The position numbers and the translations under genes were made by a program. From contig NW_027266275.1 in the NCBI RefSeq assembly GCF_022045235.1, forward strand, positions 992,001 through 1,056,000: a stretch of 64,000 bases of DNA. Direction: 5' to 3'. The notes below the pieces were generated by a model, which was given only the letters and a program-made list of their open reading frames with translations, was not told the DNA's origin and ran no database searches. The stretch comes from Haliotis cracherodii (Eukaryota). Positions 40,801 to 51,261 of the stretch are shown here, one piece after another. Within the stretch, counting starts at the first letter, position 1. Each line of letters starts with the position of its first letter.

Positions 40801-43800
40801 ACAGTGAGAGCGACTACCCCATCAAGTGAGTACATCACCCTCAGTGAGAGGGACTACCCGATCAAGTGAGTACATCACCCTTAGTGAGAGCGACTACCCC
40901 ATCAAGTGAGTACATCACCCTCAGTGAGAGAGACTACCTCATCAAGTGAGTACATCACCCTCAGTGGGAGGGACTACCCGATCAAGTGAGTACATCACCC
41001 TCAGTGAGAGGGACTACCCCATCAAGTGAGTACATCACCCTCAGTGAGAGGGACTACCCCATCAAGTGAGTACATCACCCTCAGTGAGAGGGACTACCCG
41101 ATCAAGTGAGTACATCACCCTCAGTGGGAGGGACTTCCCCATCAAGTGAGTACATCACCCTCAGTGGGAGGGACTTCCCCATCAAGTGAGTACATCACCC
41201 TCAGTGGGAGGGACTTCCCCATCAAGTGAGTACATCACCCTCAGTGAGAGGGACTTCCCCATCAAGTGAGTACATCACCCTCAGTGGGAGGGACTTCCCC
41301 ATCAAGTGAGTACATCACCCTCAGTGAGAGGGACTACCCCATCAAGTGAGTACATCACCCTCAGTGAGAGGGACTATCCCATCAAGTGAGTACATCACCC
41401 TCAGTGAGAGGGACTACCCCATCAAGTGAGTACATCACCCTCAGTGAGAGGGACTACCCGATCAAGTGAGTACATCACCCTTAGTGAGAGGGACTATCCC
41501 ATCAAGTGAGTACATCACCCTCAGTGAGAGGGACTATCCCATCAAGTGAGTACATCACCCTCAGTGAGAGGGACTATCCCATCAAGTGAGTACATCACCC
41601 TCAGTGAGAGGGACTACCCGATCAAGTGAGTACATCACCCTTAGTGAGAGGGACTATCCCATCAAGTGAGTACATCACCCTCAGTGAGAGGGACTATCCC
41701 ATCAAGTGAGTACATCACCCTCAGTGAGAGGGACTATCCCATCAAGTGAGTACATCACCCACAGTGAGAGGGACTACCCCATCAAGTGAGTACATCACCC
41801 TCAGTGAGAGGGACTATCCCATCAAGTGAGTACATCACCCACAGTGGGAGGGACTACCCTCTCATATCCTAAAGTTAGCATCCATCAAAAGCATTGTTGC
41901 AGCATGTACATTAATACTTGATAACATAGTACTTAGATATCCTGTGACACTGACACTTCCCTGACTAACGGTGGACATTGTTTTCCAGACCAGTGAAAGA
42001 CCTCACTGCCTTTCTGTCTCTCTACAAGACATACAACTTCCTCAAGTCTCACGGCCGGGACACACCCAGGTGAGCTATGCATTCATTTCAATGTGAAGTG
42101 TGTATGATGTCACTCTGTGTATATTTACTGTTTGTGTTGTGTCAGACAATGGTCAGATTATGCCAGTCAATGGTCAGATCATGCTAGACCATGGTCAGTT
42201 CTAAACTAAAGTGAAAAATACCTCACATACTGTAAATCGTGAAATTAATGCGTCTCCAAAAGAATGTGCCCGCTGGTGTCAGGTTTACAGGAGAATCCTC
42301 ACCTAAATCCAACCTTACATTCATCCAATCACACACCACATAGCACCGGTTAGTAGCGGGTAGAGTACTTCCGCTAAAACAATACGTGCGCGCTGGCTTG
42401 TGTCGGCCTTTGACACAGTCGCAAATAACAAAGACACCGTGTTGCATGGGTGGCATCTGCCTGGACTTGCAGGTGTGATCAGTGATGACATAAGTGAGAA
42501 GAACTCTTGTCTTGACTCCAGCAGTGACTGTTAAGGATGTAATTAGTGTTTGAATGACATTGTTGATATACTTGTTACAAGTGCTGCTCAATAAACAGTG
42601 CTGTGGAATACATAGCTGTTTGTTTTCAGCGTATGTCTAAGTTGGTATTTATGCTATCCAAAATGTCTTATTGTTGATATAAATGCCATGCTTAATAATA
42701 GGAGCAAAGACCACTCTCATTTTTCGCATTTAATTCATGTTTGCGTTTGCGTTAATTTCAAGATTTACGGTATATTTACGTTTTTTTCAGATTCATACAG
42801 AAGCAGGGGTTGGACCAGACCTTCTATGAGTGTGACAACCACCTGTGGCGTATAGGGCCCCGGAAACTGCCGGGTGGGATCAGGGTGGATGGCGGCAGTG
42901 ACTGGGTGTGCCTGTACCGGGAGTATGTCCAGTATCTGGTCACCACAGAGGACGAGTTGGTCACAGGCCTCAAACAGCTGTACAAATACACCCTTCTCCC
43001 AGCCGAGGTAGGACACCGGTAGAACCTGATTACAGTGCCCAGCAACAATCTAGGGCAGAGGCATATCTCAGTCTAACCAGCCACAACCTAGAGCAGGACC
43101 ACCTCAAGCTGCCCAGCTCCGATCTAACCAGCCACATTCTAGGCAGCGATATATCTCAATCTAACCAGCCACAATCTAGGCAGGGACATATGTCAATCAG
43201 CCACAATCTATGCAGCGTCATATCTCAATCACCCACAATCTAGGGAAGCAATATATCTCAATCACCCACAATCTAGGCAGCCACATATCTCAAACACCCA
43301 CAATCTAGGCAGCCACATATCTCAATCACCCACAATCTAGGGCTACAGGCGGGCTTTTAGTTCTTGTTCAGACACTGGAGGTGAGTCTATCAACTTGTGG
43401 TATTTGTGTGTTTCAGTCATTCTTCCACACGGTGCTTGTGAACAGCGCCTTCTGCACCAAGGCGGTGGACAATAACCTCCACCTCACCAACTGGCGCCGC
43501 AAGCAAGGCTGCAAGTGTCAGTACAAACACATCGTTGACTGGTGCGGCTGCTCCCCCAACGACTTCAAGATCTCCGACCTGGACAGACTCATGGTAGGTT
43601 GTCATCAGCTGCTGTACTGGTATTGTCATATCACATCCAGGTTTCCCTTGATAGATGAGAAGCTGTGTTGGGAAGTGCACTATTTTGGTCAAATCAACAT
43701 CCATCTTTATTACTATGTTTTGGATCAGAGATTAAATGGAGTTTAGACACTTCTTGCTTAATAATTCTATTGTCTTTTTTCAGAACTATGAGCAAAAACC

Positions 43801-46800
43801 AATTTTCTTTGCAAGGAAATTTGAACCTATAGTGAACCAAGAGATCATCAATAGTGTAGACGTTTATTTATTTGGTAATTTCCAACAAGGTAAGAATTTC
43901 ATTTTTTTAACTTGTCATCTATGGAGGGTGCCCACTTGAATGATTTCTGACACGATCAACTGGGCCCCAGTTGACTGTGTTCTGGCCTCAGTTGACAGTT
44001 CTTGCATGACCTGCTGGTCCCTAGTTGACTGTTTTCTGGCATGATCTGCTGGTCCCCAGTTGACTGTCAGTCATGATCTGCTGGTCCCCAGTTGACTGTC
44101 CGACGTGATCTGCTGGTCCCCAGTTGACTGTCAGTCATGATCTGCTGGTCCCCAGTTGACTGTCCGCCGTGATCTGCTGGTCCCCAGTTGACTGTCCGCC
44201 GTGATCTGCTGGTCCCCAGTTGACTGACAGGCGTGATCTGCTGGTCTCCAGTTGACTGTCAGTCTTGATCTGCTGGTCTCCAGTTGACTGTCACTCGTGA
44301 TCTGCTGGTCCCCAGTTGACTGTCAGTCTTGATCTGCTGGTCCCCAGTTGACTGTCAGTCTTGATCTGCTGGTCCCCAGTTGACTGTCAGTCGTGATCTG
44401 CTGGTCCCCTGTTGACTGTCAGTCATGATCTGCTGGTCCCCAGTTGACTGTCACTCGTGATCTGCTGGTCCCCAGTTGACTGTCAGTCGTGATCTGCTGG
44501 TCCCCTGTTGACTGTCACTCGTGACCTCCTGGTCCCCAGTTGACTGTCAGTCATGACCTGCTGGTCCCCAGTTGACTGTCAGTCATGACCTGCTTGTCCC
44601 CAGTTGACTGTCAGTCATGACCTGCTGGTCCCCAGTTGACTGTCAGTCATGATCTGCTGGTCCCCAGTTGACTGTCAGTCATGACTTGCTGGTCTCCAGT
44701 TGACTGTCAGTCATGATCTGCTGGTCCCCAGTTGACTGTCAGTCATGATCTGCTGGTCCCCAGTTGACTGTCAGTCATGATCTGCTGGTCCCCAGTTGAC
44801 TGTCAGTCGTGATCTGCTGGTCCCCTGTTGACTGTCACTCGTGACCTCCTGGTCCCCAATTGACTGTCAGTCATGACCTGCTGGTCCCCAGTTGACTGCC
44901 AGTCTTGATCTGCTGGTCTCCAGTTGACTGTCAGTCATGATCTGCTGGTCCCCAGTTGACTGTCAGTCGTGATCTGCAGGTCCCCAGTTGACTGTCAGTC
45001 TTGATCTGCTGGTCCCCAGTTGACTGTCAGTCTTGATCTGCTGGTCCCCAGTTGACTGTCAGTCATGATCTGCTGGTCCCCAGTTGACTGTCAGTCTTGA
45101 TCTGCTGGTCCCCAGTTGACTGTCAGTCTTGATCTGCTGGTCCCCAGTTGACTGTCAGTCATGACCTGCTGGTCCCCAGTTGACTGTCAGTCATGACCTG
45201 CTGGTCCCCAGTTGACTGTCAGTCATGACCTGCTGGTCCCCAGTTGACTGCCAATCTTGATCTGCTGGTCCCCAGTTGACTGTGTTCTGGCCTCAGTTGA
45301 CAGTTCTTGCGTGACCTGCTGGTCCCTAGTTGACTGTTTTCTGGCATGATCTGCTGGTCCCCAGTTGACTGTCAGTCATGATCTGCTGGTCCCCAGTTGA
45401 CTGACAGGCGTGATCTGCTGGTCCCCAGTTGACTGTCAGTCATGACCTGCTGGTCCCCAGTTGACTGCCAATCTTGATCTGCAGGTCCCCAGTTGACTGT
45501 CAGTCATGATCTGCTGGTCCCCAGTTGACTGTCAGTCATGATCTGCTGGTCCCCAGTTGACTGTCAGTCATGATCTGCTGGTCCCCAGTTGACTGCCAAT
45601 CTTGATCTGCTGGTCCCCAGTTGACTGTCAGTCATGACCTGCCGGTCCCCAGTTGACTGTCAGTCATGATCTGCTGGTCCCCAGTTGACTGTCAGTCATG
45701 ATCTGCTGGTCCCCAGTTGACTGCCAATCTTGATCTGCAGGTCCCCAGTTGACTGTCAGTCATGACCTGCTGGTCCCCAGTTGACTGCCAATCTTGATCT
45801 GCAGGTCCCCAGTTGACTGTCAGTCATGACCTGCTGGTCCCCAGTTGACTGTCAGTCATGACCTGCTGGTCCCCAGTTGACTGTCAGTCGTGATCTGCTG
45901 GTCCCCAGTTGACTGTCAGTCGTGATCTGCTGGTCCCCAGTTGACTGTCAGTCATGATCTGCTGGTCCCCAGTTGACTGTCAGTTATGATCTGCTGGTCC
46001 CCAGTTGACTGTCAGTCGTGATCTGCTGGTCCCCAGTTGACTGTCAGTCATGATCTGCTGGTCCCCAGTTGACTGTCAGTCATGACCTGCTGGTCCCCAG
46101 TTGACTGTCAGTCATGATCTGCTGGTCCCCAGTTGACTGTCAGTCGTGATCTGCTGGTCCCCAGTTGACTGTCAGTCATGACCTGCTGGTCCCCAGTTGA
46201 CTGTCAGTCATGATCTGCTGGTCTCCAGTTGACTGTCAGTCATGACCTGCTGGTCTCCAGTTGACTGTCAGGCGTGATCTGCTGGTCCCCAGTTGACTGT
46301 CAGGCGTGATCTGCTGGTCCCCAGTTGACTGTCAGTCATGACCTGCAGGTCCCCAGTTGACTGTCAGTCATGATCTGCTGGTCCCCAGTTGACTGTCAGT
46401 CGTGATCTGCTGGTCCCCAGTTGACTGTCAGTCGTGATCTGCTGGTCCCCAGTTGACTGTCAGTCATGATCTGCTGGTCCCCAGTTGACTGTCAGTCATG
46501 ATCTGCTGGTCCCCAGTTGACTGTCAGTCATGACCTGCTGGTCCCCAGTTGTCTGTCAGGCGTGATCTGCTGGTCCCCAGTTGACTGTCAGTCATGACCT
46601 GCTGGTCTCCAGTTGACTGTCAGTCGTGATCTGCTGGTCCCCAGTTGACTGTCACTCGTGATCTGCTGGTCTCCAGTTGACTGTCAGTCTTGATATGCTG
46701 GTCTCCAGTTGACTGTCAGTCATGATCTGCTGGTCCCCAGTTGACTGTCAGTCATGACCTGCTGGTCCCCAGTTGACTGTCAGTCATGATCTGCTGGTCC

Positions 46801-49712
46801 CCAGTTGACTGTCAGTCATGACCTGCTGGTCCCCAGTTGACTGTCAGTCATGATCTGCTGGTCCCCAGTTGACTGTCAGTCTTGACCTGCTGGTCCCCAG
46901 TTGACTGTCAGTCATGACCTGCTGGTCCCCAGTTGACTGTCAGTCATGATCTGCTGGTCCCCAGTTGACTGTCAGTCATGACCTGCTGGTCCCCAGTTGA
47001 CTGTCAGTCTTGATCTGCTGGTCCCCAGTTGACTGTCAGTCGTGATCTGCTGGTCCCCAGTTGACTGTCAGTCTTGACCTGCTGGTCCCCAGTTGACTGT
47101 CAGTCATGATCTGCTGGTCTCCAGTTGACTGTCAGTCATGACCTGCTGGGCACCGTTCCACAAAGCGATTTTAGCGCTATGATTGTCGTAAACCAGTGTT
47201 AAAGTATGGGAGTTACGATCACCTTAGCGCTAAGATGGCTTTGTGGAACGGGGCCCTGGTCCCCAGTTGACTGTCAGGCGTGATCTGTTGGGGCCCAGGG
47301 TTTTTCCTGATTGTGCTCTGTCAGCCACATAGCCCCACATCCACGTGGGGCACCCCAAACTGGTACAGTGTCTAGGATCTGTGTCACTTTGGGCTTTCCT
47401 GATGTAACTGAATTACTGCGCATACTGAATAACAGGGACGCAAGCAAAGGAATGTTCCAATACATATACAGTAAAGTATGGTAATAACGAACACTAAGGG
47501 AACACTAATTTTACTTTGAAATAACCGTAGTTCATTATAAGCATATATACAGCATGAATACAACAAATGACCGGGACTAAAAAGTAAAATGGTTATCTGG
47601 GTCAGTTTGTTATAAGCATGTTTGTTATAAATGTAGTTTACTGTAGTTTAAATATGAAAGGTGTATTTCTCAATTCAAAACATTTCACTTGAAGAAAGTG
47701 TGCATGTTTCAGACATGACTGGCCTAACCAGCTACTGGCAGAATGAATACCACCATCTGGACAAGATGGCCAAGGTCAAGGATGCCTACCCAACGTTCTA
47801 CCAGTCGTTCGTCAGGCTGGGTGTGGCAGAACTGTCACGGCAGTCTGTGTCATGTACATATCGACCTATCAAAACACTCGAGGCAAATGTGTTCTACGAG
47901 GCTGACCACTTCCATGGAATTCTGGTCCTCCACGAAGTAGAGGAGGTTGCTACAGGCAACATCATCACCATGGAAACACATATGCATCCTAAACACCACT
48001 ATTCCATCCTCCAACCAAAGACAATCATAGGAAGACTCCAGACACTTGAGGTGAGACCACTAGACCACTAGACCTGTAGTCCACTAGACCAGTAGTCCAC
48101 TAGACCTGTAGACCACTAGACCTGTAGGCCACTAGACCAGTAGTCCACTAGACCTGTAGGCCACTAGACCACTAGACCTGTAGTCCACTAGACCTGTAGA
48201 CCAGGAGTCAACTAGACATGTACACCACCGGACCACTAGTATGCTATCTCAAATAGAAACAGTGCTTTAGTTTCAAAACTTTTGCTCGGTCAGATATCAT
48301 AGAAAGTCCACTCATGTCGTAAAAATGGTATCTAACGAGAATGAGTGTAGTATTCTCTATTTATATAATATTAAGTATACAGTATATAGTATGTGTACAA
48401 TATACATATGTTATACAGTATATTGTTTATAACATGTTATACGGCATATGGTATATAGCATTTCTTAAACAGTATATGGTATGTTATACAGTTTATGGTA
48501 TATAGCATATATAGTATATGGTATATAGTATATGGTATATATAGCATATGTTATACAATATATGGTAAGTTGATTAGGTTATGCAGTATATGGTATATAG
48601 CATATGTTATACAGTATATGGTATATAAGAAATGTTATACAGTTTATGGTATACAGCATATGTTATTCAGTATATGGTATATAGCATATGGTATATATGG
48701 TATATATAGCATATGTTATATAGTATATGGTATATGTAACATATGTCATACAATATATGGTAAATAGAATATGTTATACCGTATATGTTATATAGCATAT
48801 GTTATACAGTATATGGTATATAAGAAATGTTATACAGTATATGGTATGTAACATATATTATGCAGTATATTGAATATGGTATGTAGTACTTAACATAATC
48901 TACAATAGCCTTGTTTAGAGAGCACTTGAGGTGTGGGTTTTGAAAAGGATGTAGGCAGAATAGTAGTATATCAGTAAATGCTGACAAGTTTGTTAGATGC
49001 ATATGAAGTATTTCTTGATGGATTATTGATCATGTCTTTTCTTTTGTAGGTGGGAACAGATTTTGATCCCAAAGAACTGTTATTCCGAAATTACGGAAAA
49101 CTTATTGGCCCATATGATGACGTGGTGTTGCGTCATGTGTGGGGAACGGGAATCGAGTTTGTGATCTCTGTGGCGTGGATTGACCCCATCAATGTGATAG
49201 CAGCATCGTATGATGTGAAGGTTCTCAGTAGCGGACACACCGGGTCTCACAAACCTCAGCTGAACCGGCCGCTGCGGCCCGGGATCTGGCAGGTGAAGCT
49301 GATGTACAACCTGCAGATTCTGGCCGAAACCTCCTTCCTCGTCACCCCCCTCACTGTATACGACAGCCGCCCAATCTCCGCCACAGAGATTTACAGGGCT
49401 CACAGTGGACCACAAGGCTTCTACGCTTCCAAAGACTTCGCAGAATTCCGTGATGTGTTGAACGTTCCTAAGAACGCCGACCTGGAAACACAGGCAGCGG
49501 TGAACGCTAAGAAGGTGGGGAAGGACTTGGAAAACTGGGTGGACAGTTTAGTGCCTTTGTTTTGGCAGGTTCAGAGGTCGTGTACGATAGAGGATCTGTC
49601 TAACACCTGCCTTGTGTTAGAACAGTGCAAGAAGACATCGTGGAGTTCAAGGTCACCAGATCCTAAGTCAGACCTTTCAAGTGTTGGTGCCAAGTTTGCT
49701 CCTGTCAGATAA
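21433..49712 (+). CDS. oxt: Protein xylosyltransferase (oxt/XYLT/sqv-6 family, WSC + GT14 + Xylo_C); spliced, 5'-incomplete, 10 exons in window
   Basis: join(21433..21558,38089..38256,39350..39519,40228..40427,41989..42069,42791..43007,43417..43593,43784..43889,47713..48050,49050..49712). All introns GT-AG, phases compatible (1,1,0,2,2,0,0,1,0). Motifs: [116 protein letters not shown]. Confidence 0.95.
21549..22306 (+). repeat. 44-bp minisatellite containing the exon A donor site, 17 copies
   Basis: CTGAAGGCAG|GTAAGTACACCAACAACACTGCATCACATGCTGG. Confidence 0.97.
22348..22640. repeat. 40-bp minisatellite, ~7 copies
   Basis: TGTGAGAGCAGACTATGCCCTATGTGAAGTGTGTGGAGTT. Confidence 0.93.
23425..24210. 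repeat. 37-bp minisatellite, ~21 copies
   Basis: GTGTCCCCAGCTATCCATCAGCTAAAGCGGGGTCAGG. Confidence 0.95.
24815..27115. repeat. 52-bp minisatellite, ~44 copies
   Basis: TCTCTATTGCTTGTCTCACCTGTGTGAGGAAGGAGATAGACGAGGTCCCTCT. Confidence 0.95.
27775..27980. repeat. 18-bp minisatellite
   Basis: TAGGCCATTGTCTTGTTG. Confidence 0.9.
27980..28810. repeat. 16-bp minisatellite, ~50 copies
   Basis: TATTGTGGTGTATTAG. Confidence 0.93.
29080..29275. repeat. 25-bp minisatellite
   Basis: TAGTGAGTAGTGTTACACTGTTGTG. Confidence 0.8.
29934..30025 (+). mobile_element. 3' fragment of the ~265-bp retroposon family
   Basis: AATCACTGG.TTGTCTGGTCCAGACTC...GCTGAGTG...TTAAACAACAA. Confidence 0.7.
30068..30545. repeat. 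19-bp minisatellite
   Basis: ACATACAGGGCCACTACCT. Confidence 0.92.
30736..31143. repeat. 15-bp minisatellite, ~27 copies
   Basis: GTGGTAGCCAAGGGT. Confidence 0.93.
32005..32480. repeat. C-rich CCAGA-based compound tandem repeat
   Basis: recurrent CCAGACC / CACCCAGATAAGACC units. Confidence 0.8.
33165..34625. repeat. 47/48-bp minisatellite, ~30 copies
   Basis: AGACCTAGCTGTGATGTCATATACCACCTCCCCCATCACCTACAGATC. Confidence 0.95.
34828..35015. repeat. (GT)n/(TGTC)n microsatellite
   Basis: direct. Confidence 0.9.
35016..36894. mobile_element. putative ~1.9-kb non-autonomous hAT-like element
   Basis: TIR-like CAGGGTTTGAAATT / AATTTCGATCCCTG; splits a (TGTC)n microsatellite; TSD not clean. Confidence 0.5.
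36297..36518. repeat. ~33-bp purine/G-rich minisatellite
   Basis: GGGGGAGGAGGGGGGTGGAGAAGAACCACACA. Confidence 0.85.
37024..37229. repeat. perfect 30-bp minisatellite, ~7 copies
   Basis: AAGGTCATGTAAACTGTTGTACTATGTGTG. Confidence 0.95.
37641..38099 (+). repeat. 32-bp minisatellite containing the exon B acceptor site, 14 units
   Basis: GATTTCTTTACTCCCTATTTCTCTGTGTGCAG. Confidence 0.97.
38089..38256 (+). CDS. oxt: xylosyltransferase exon B (second half of WSC domain: [16 protein letters not shown]...[11 protein letters not shown])
   Basis: WSC motifs YAGVQY..ECWCG and C.GD...CGG; tgcag acceptor, G|GTGAGA donor. Confidence 0.92.
38247..39040 (+). repeat. ~34-bp G-rich minisatellite containing the exon B donor site, ~23 units
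   Basis: GGTGTTGGAG|GTGAGAGGGAGGGATTATCTGGGT. Confidence 0.92.
39350..39519 (+). CDS. oxt: xylosyltransferase exon C (start of GT14 domain, [37 protein letters not shown])
   Basis: tttccag acceptor, AAG|GTGAGG donor, conserved motif. Confidence 0.93.
39555..39779 (+). mobile_element. ~265-bp SINE-like retroposon family copy
   Basis: family homology, AAAC tail, 9-bp TSD acttgatgt. Confidence 0.85.
40228..40427 (+). CDS. oxt: xylosyltransferase exon D (RQEFMYREL...TIWGGASLL...[11 protein letters not shown])
   Basis: tttcag acceptor, AA|GTGAGT donor. Confidence 0.95.
40401..41858 (+). repeat. 40-bp minisatellite containing the exon D donor site, ~36 copies
   Basis: CCTCAGTGAGAGGGACTACCCCATCAA|GTGAGTACATCAC. 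Confidence 0.97.
41989..42069 (+). CDS. oxt: xylosyltransferase exon E ([26 protein letters not shown])
   Basis: ttttccag acceptor, AG|GTGAGC donor, NFLKSHG motif, phase 2-2. Confidence 0.92.
42230..42770. mobile_element. 541-bp non-autonomous DNA transposon, TA TSD (Tc1/mariner-pogo-like)
   Basis: TIRs CTGTAAATCGTGAAATTAATGC / GCGTTAATTTCAAGATTTACGG, TA on both sides. Confidence 0.78.
42791..43007 (+). CDS. oxt: xylosyltransferase exon F ([15 protein letters not shown]...DGGSDW...YTLLPAE)
   Basis: ttttcag acceptor, GAG|GTAGGA donor. Confidence 0.95.
43030..43342. repeat. ~33-bp degenerate minisatellite
   Basis: CCACAATCTAGGCAG...ATATCTCAATC. Confidence 0.75.
43417..43593 (+). CDS. oxt: xylosyltransferase exon G (SFFHTVL...[19 protein letters not shown]...)
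   Basis: tttcag acceptor, ATG|GTAGGT donor, highly conserved XylT motif. Confidence 0.95.
43784..43889 (+). CDS. oxt: xylosyltransferase exon H ([22 protein letters not shown]...)
   Basis: ttttcag acceptor, G|GTAAGA donor, FARKF motif. Confidence 0.94.
43955..47290. repeat. 32-bp minisatellite, ~100 copies
   Basis: CTGCTGGTCCCCAGTTGACTGTCAGTCATGAT. Confidence 0.96.
47149..47255. mobile_element. 107-bp palindromic MITE, CWG TSD (PIF/Harbinger-like)
   Basis: ~30-bp imperfect TIR (CCGTTCCACAAAGC.AT.TTAGCGCTA); exact CTG duplication relative to the empty repeat unit gacctgCTGgtcccc. Confidence 0.85.
47469..47643. mobile_element. 175-bp MITE, TA TSD (pogo/Tigger-like CAGT ends)
   Basis: TA-CAGTAAA...ATAACGAACA / TGTTTGTTAT...TTTACTG-TA. 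Confidence 0.65.
47713..48050 (+). CDS. oxt: xylosyltransferase exon I (Xylo_C region, [11 protein letters not shown]...GRLQTLE)
   Basis: tttcag acceptor, GAG|GTGAGA donor. Confidence 0.92.
48054..48240. repeat. short tandem repeat CCACTAGACCTGTAG starting right after the exon I donor
   Basis: direct. Confidence 0.85.
48355..48890. repeat. AT-rich degenerate tandem repeat
   Basis: TATATGGTATATAGCATATGTTATACAG units. Confidence 0.85.
49050..49712 (+). CDS. oxt: xylosyltransferase terminal coding exon J ([16 protein letters not shown]...[12 protein letters not shown]...stop)
   Basis: ttttgtag acceptor, open frame to TAA, conserved XylT C-terminal motifs. Confidence 0.95.
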   Translation: MGTDFDPKELLFRNYGKLIGPYDDVVLRHVWGTGIEFVISVAWIDPINVIAASYDVKVLSSGHTGSHKPQLNRPLRPGIWQVKLMYNLQILAETSFLVTPLTVYDSRPISATEIYRAHSGPQGFYASKDFAEFRDVLNVPKNADLETQAAVNAKKVGKDLENWVDSLVPLFWQVQRSCTIEDLSNTCLVLEQCKKTSWSSRSPDPKSDLSSVGAKFAPVR

Positions 49713-49761
49713 CAGTAGGGGTACTTAGGAAGTTACATCAACTAGCAAACTTTGTCCATCG

Positions 49762-49767
49762 AATAAA
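49762..49767 (+). terminator. candidate proximal polyadenylation signal AATAAA
   Basis: AATAAA 50 nt after the stop codon; usage unverified. Confidence 0.35.
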
Positions 49768-49852
49768 TTCTACACTAACAGTCCCAATGATGTCATTGAC
49801 CGATGCGTTATGATTCCATCATGGAGGGGTGGTGATGAGCCTAGTGGGGGTG

Positions 49853-49904
49853 TCACTCACTCACTCACTCACTCACTCACTCACTCACTCACTCACTCAC
49901 TCAC
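49853..49904. repeat. (CACT)n microsatellite
   Basis: direct. Confidence 0.95.
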
Positions 49905-50779
49905 TGTTATCTGTTTTTAACTATGTGCATTATCTGATAAGCATCACACAGAAAAAAATCTACTTAGGCTAAGAAATGTTTATGATTTTATTATCAAATG
50001 AAAATATTTGACTTCTGAATTGGCGCTGATGAAAGATTGTGCCAAACAACGCAGATGTCTTTTTTATTCTTTGTTTATTTTAAAGATTTGTTTTACTTAT
50101 TTAGGAAAGTACTCTTTATTTAGTGCCAAAGTAATGTCTTGTACTTACTTCACGTGGGTCGCTTTGTTATCCATATGTTCTTTCCATGCGTCACAGACCA
50201 AGTATTTCTCGCCTGGAGCCTTCACAAAAGGCAAAAAACAACAAAATGCTGGTTTTGACTGGAAATTTCCTGCAATCCAACATCTTCATAGTTTTTTTTA
50301 TACTTTGTTTCTAAATGTTTGTGTGTATAATGAGCAGAATCTGTTGTGATCCGTGCATCGCTGTTACTGACTGGCTTCACCTTACAGAAGGCGGCTACAT
50401 TTTATGACAGTCATACTGAACTTTACGTTTGGTTCATGTTGACATTGATTGTAAGGAAACATGTCAGCCTGGGGTCGGTCTCCATGGTCAGCTTCCATCA
50501 CTGTACTTGAGATGACAGTGCCTGATAAGCTGGAGGTCCACGTTTTCTGGGACAGCAGCAGGAGAGATGTAGACGATTCCTTGAAAATATCACTTCAAAA
50601 ACATTTTTTAACAAATTTTAACATGTTTTACAAAATATGTTTTCATTCAAACACATCATAGTATGTTTAATTATTTCCTTGTTACTCTTGCAATATTTAT
50701 GGCAATCAAAAAATAAGTTAGTTTGTACCAATCAAAAAGTTTGCAGAACCAAGATGAGTAAAACTGTTTTGATTGTTGA

Positions 50780-51030
50780 CATAAATCACCATGGTTACTG
50801 CTGGAATATTGACGGACAGATATCACCATGGTTACAACTTACAAATTGACTGACAGATATCAACATGGTTACAACTGACAAAGTGACTGACATACATCAC
50901 CATGGTTACTGCTGACATATTAACTGATGGATATATCACCATGGTTACTGCAGACATGTTGAATGACAGATATCACCATGGTTATTGCCGACATATTGAC
51001 TGACTGACAGATATCACCATGGCTACAACT
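50780..51030. repeat. degenerate ~38-bp tandem repeat
   Basis: TGACTGACAGATATCACCATGGTTAC. Confidence 0.8.
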
Positions 51031-51261
51031 TATACATATCACATATTGTAGTCACATGAATGTTTGTGCATTGTGCAGTCCGTATGTGTGTTTGTGGTAC
51101 AGTGGGTAACAGCTGTTTAGCGTCCACATGTATATGAACAGTCTCTCAGTGTCTGTAAATACTCTTGTAGCCATATTGTATCACTGATAAGTTGAAGCAC
51201 TTTTGTTGCTCTCTATGATGTAATTAGGTGTAATTATGTGTTAAATGACGTTAAATGAAAA

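Noticed and set aside
49825-49904. Collapsed SINE (GCCTAGTGG followed by a CACT tail)
   Set aside because: Match too short to support; kept only as a microsatellite.
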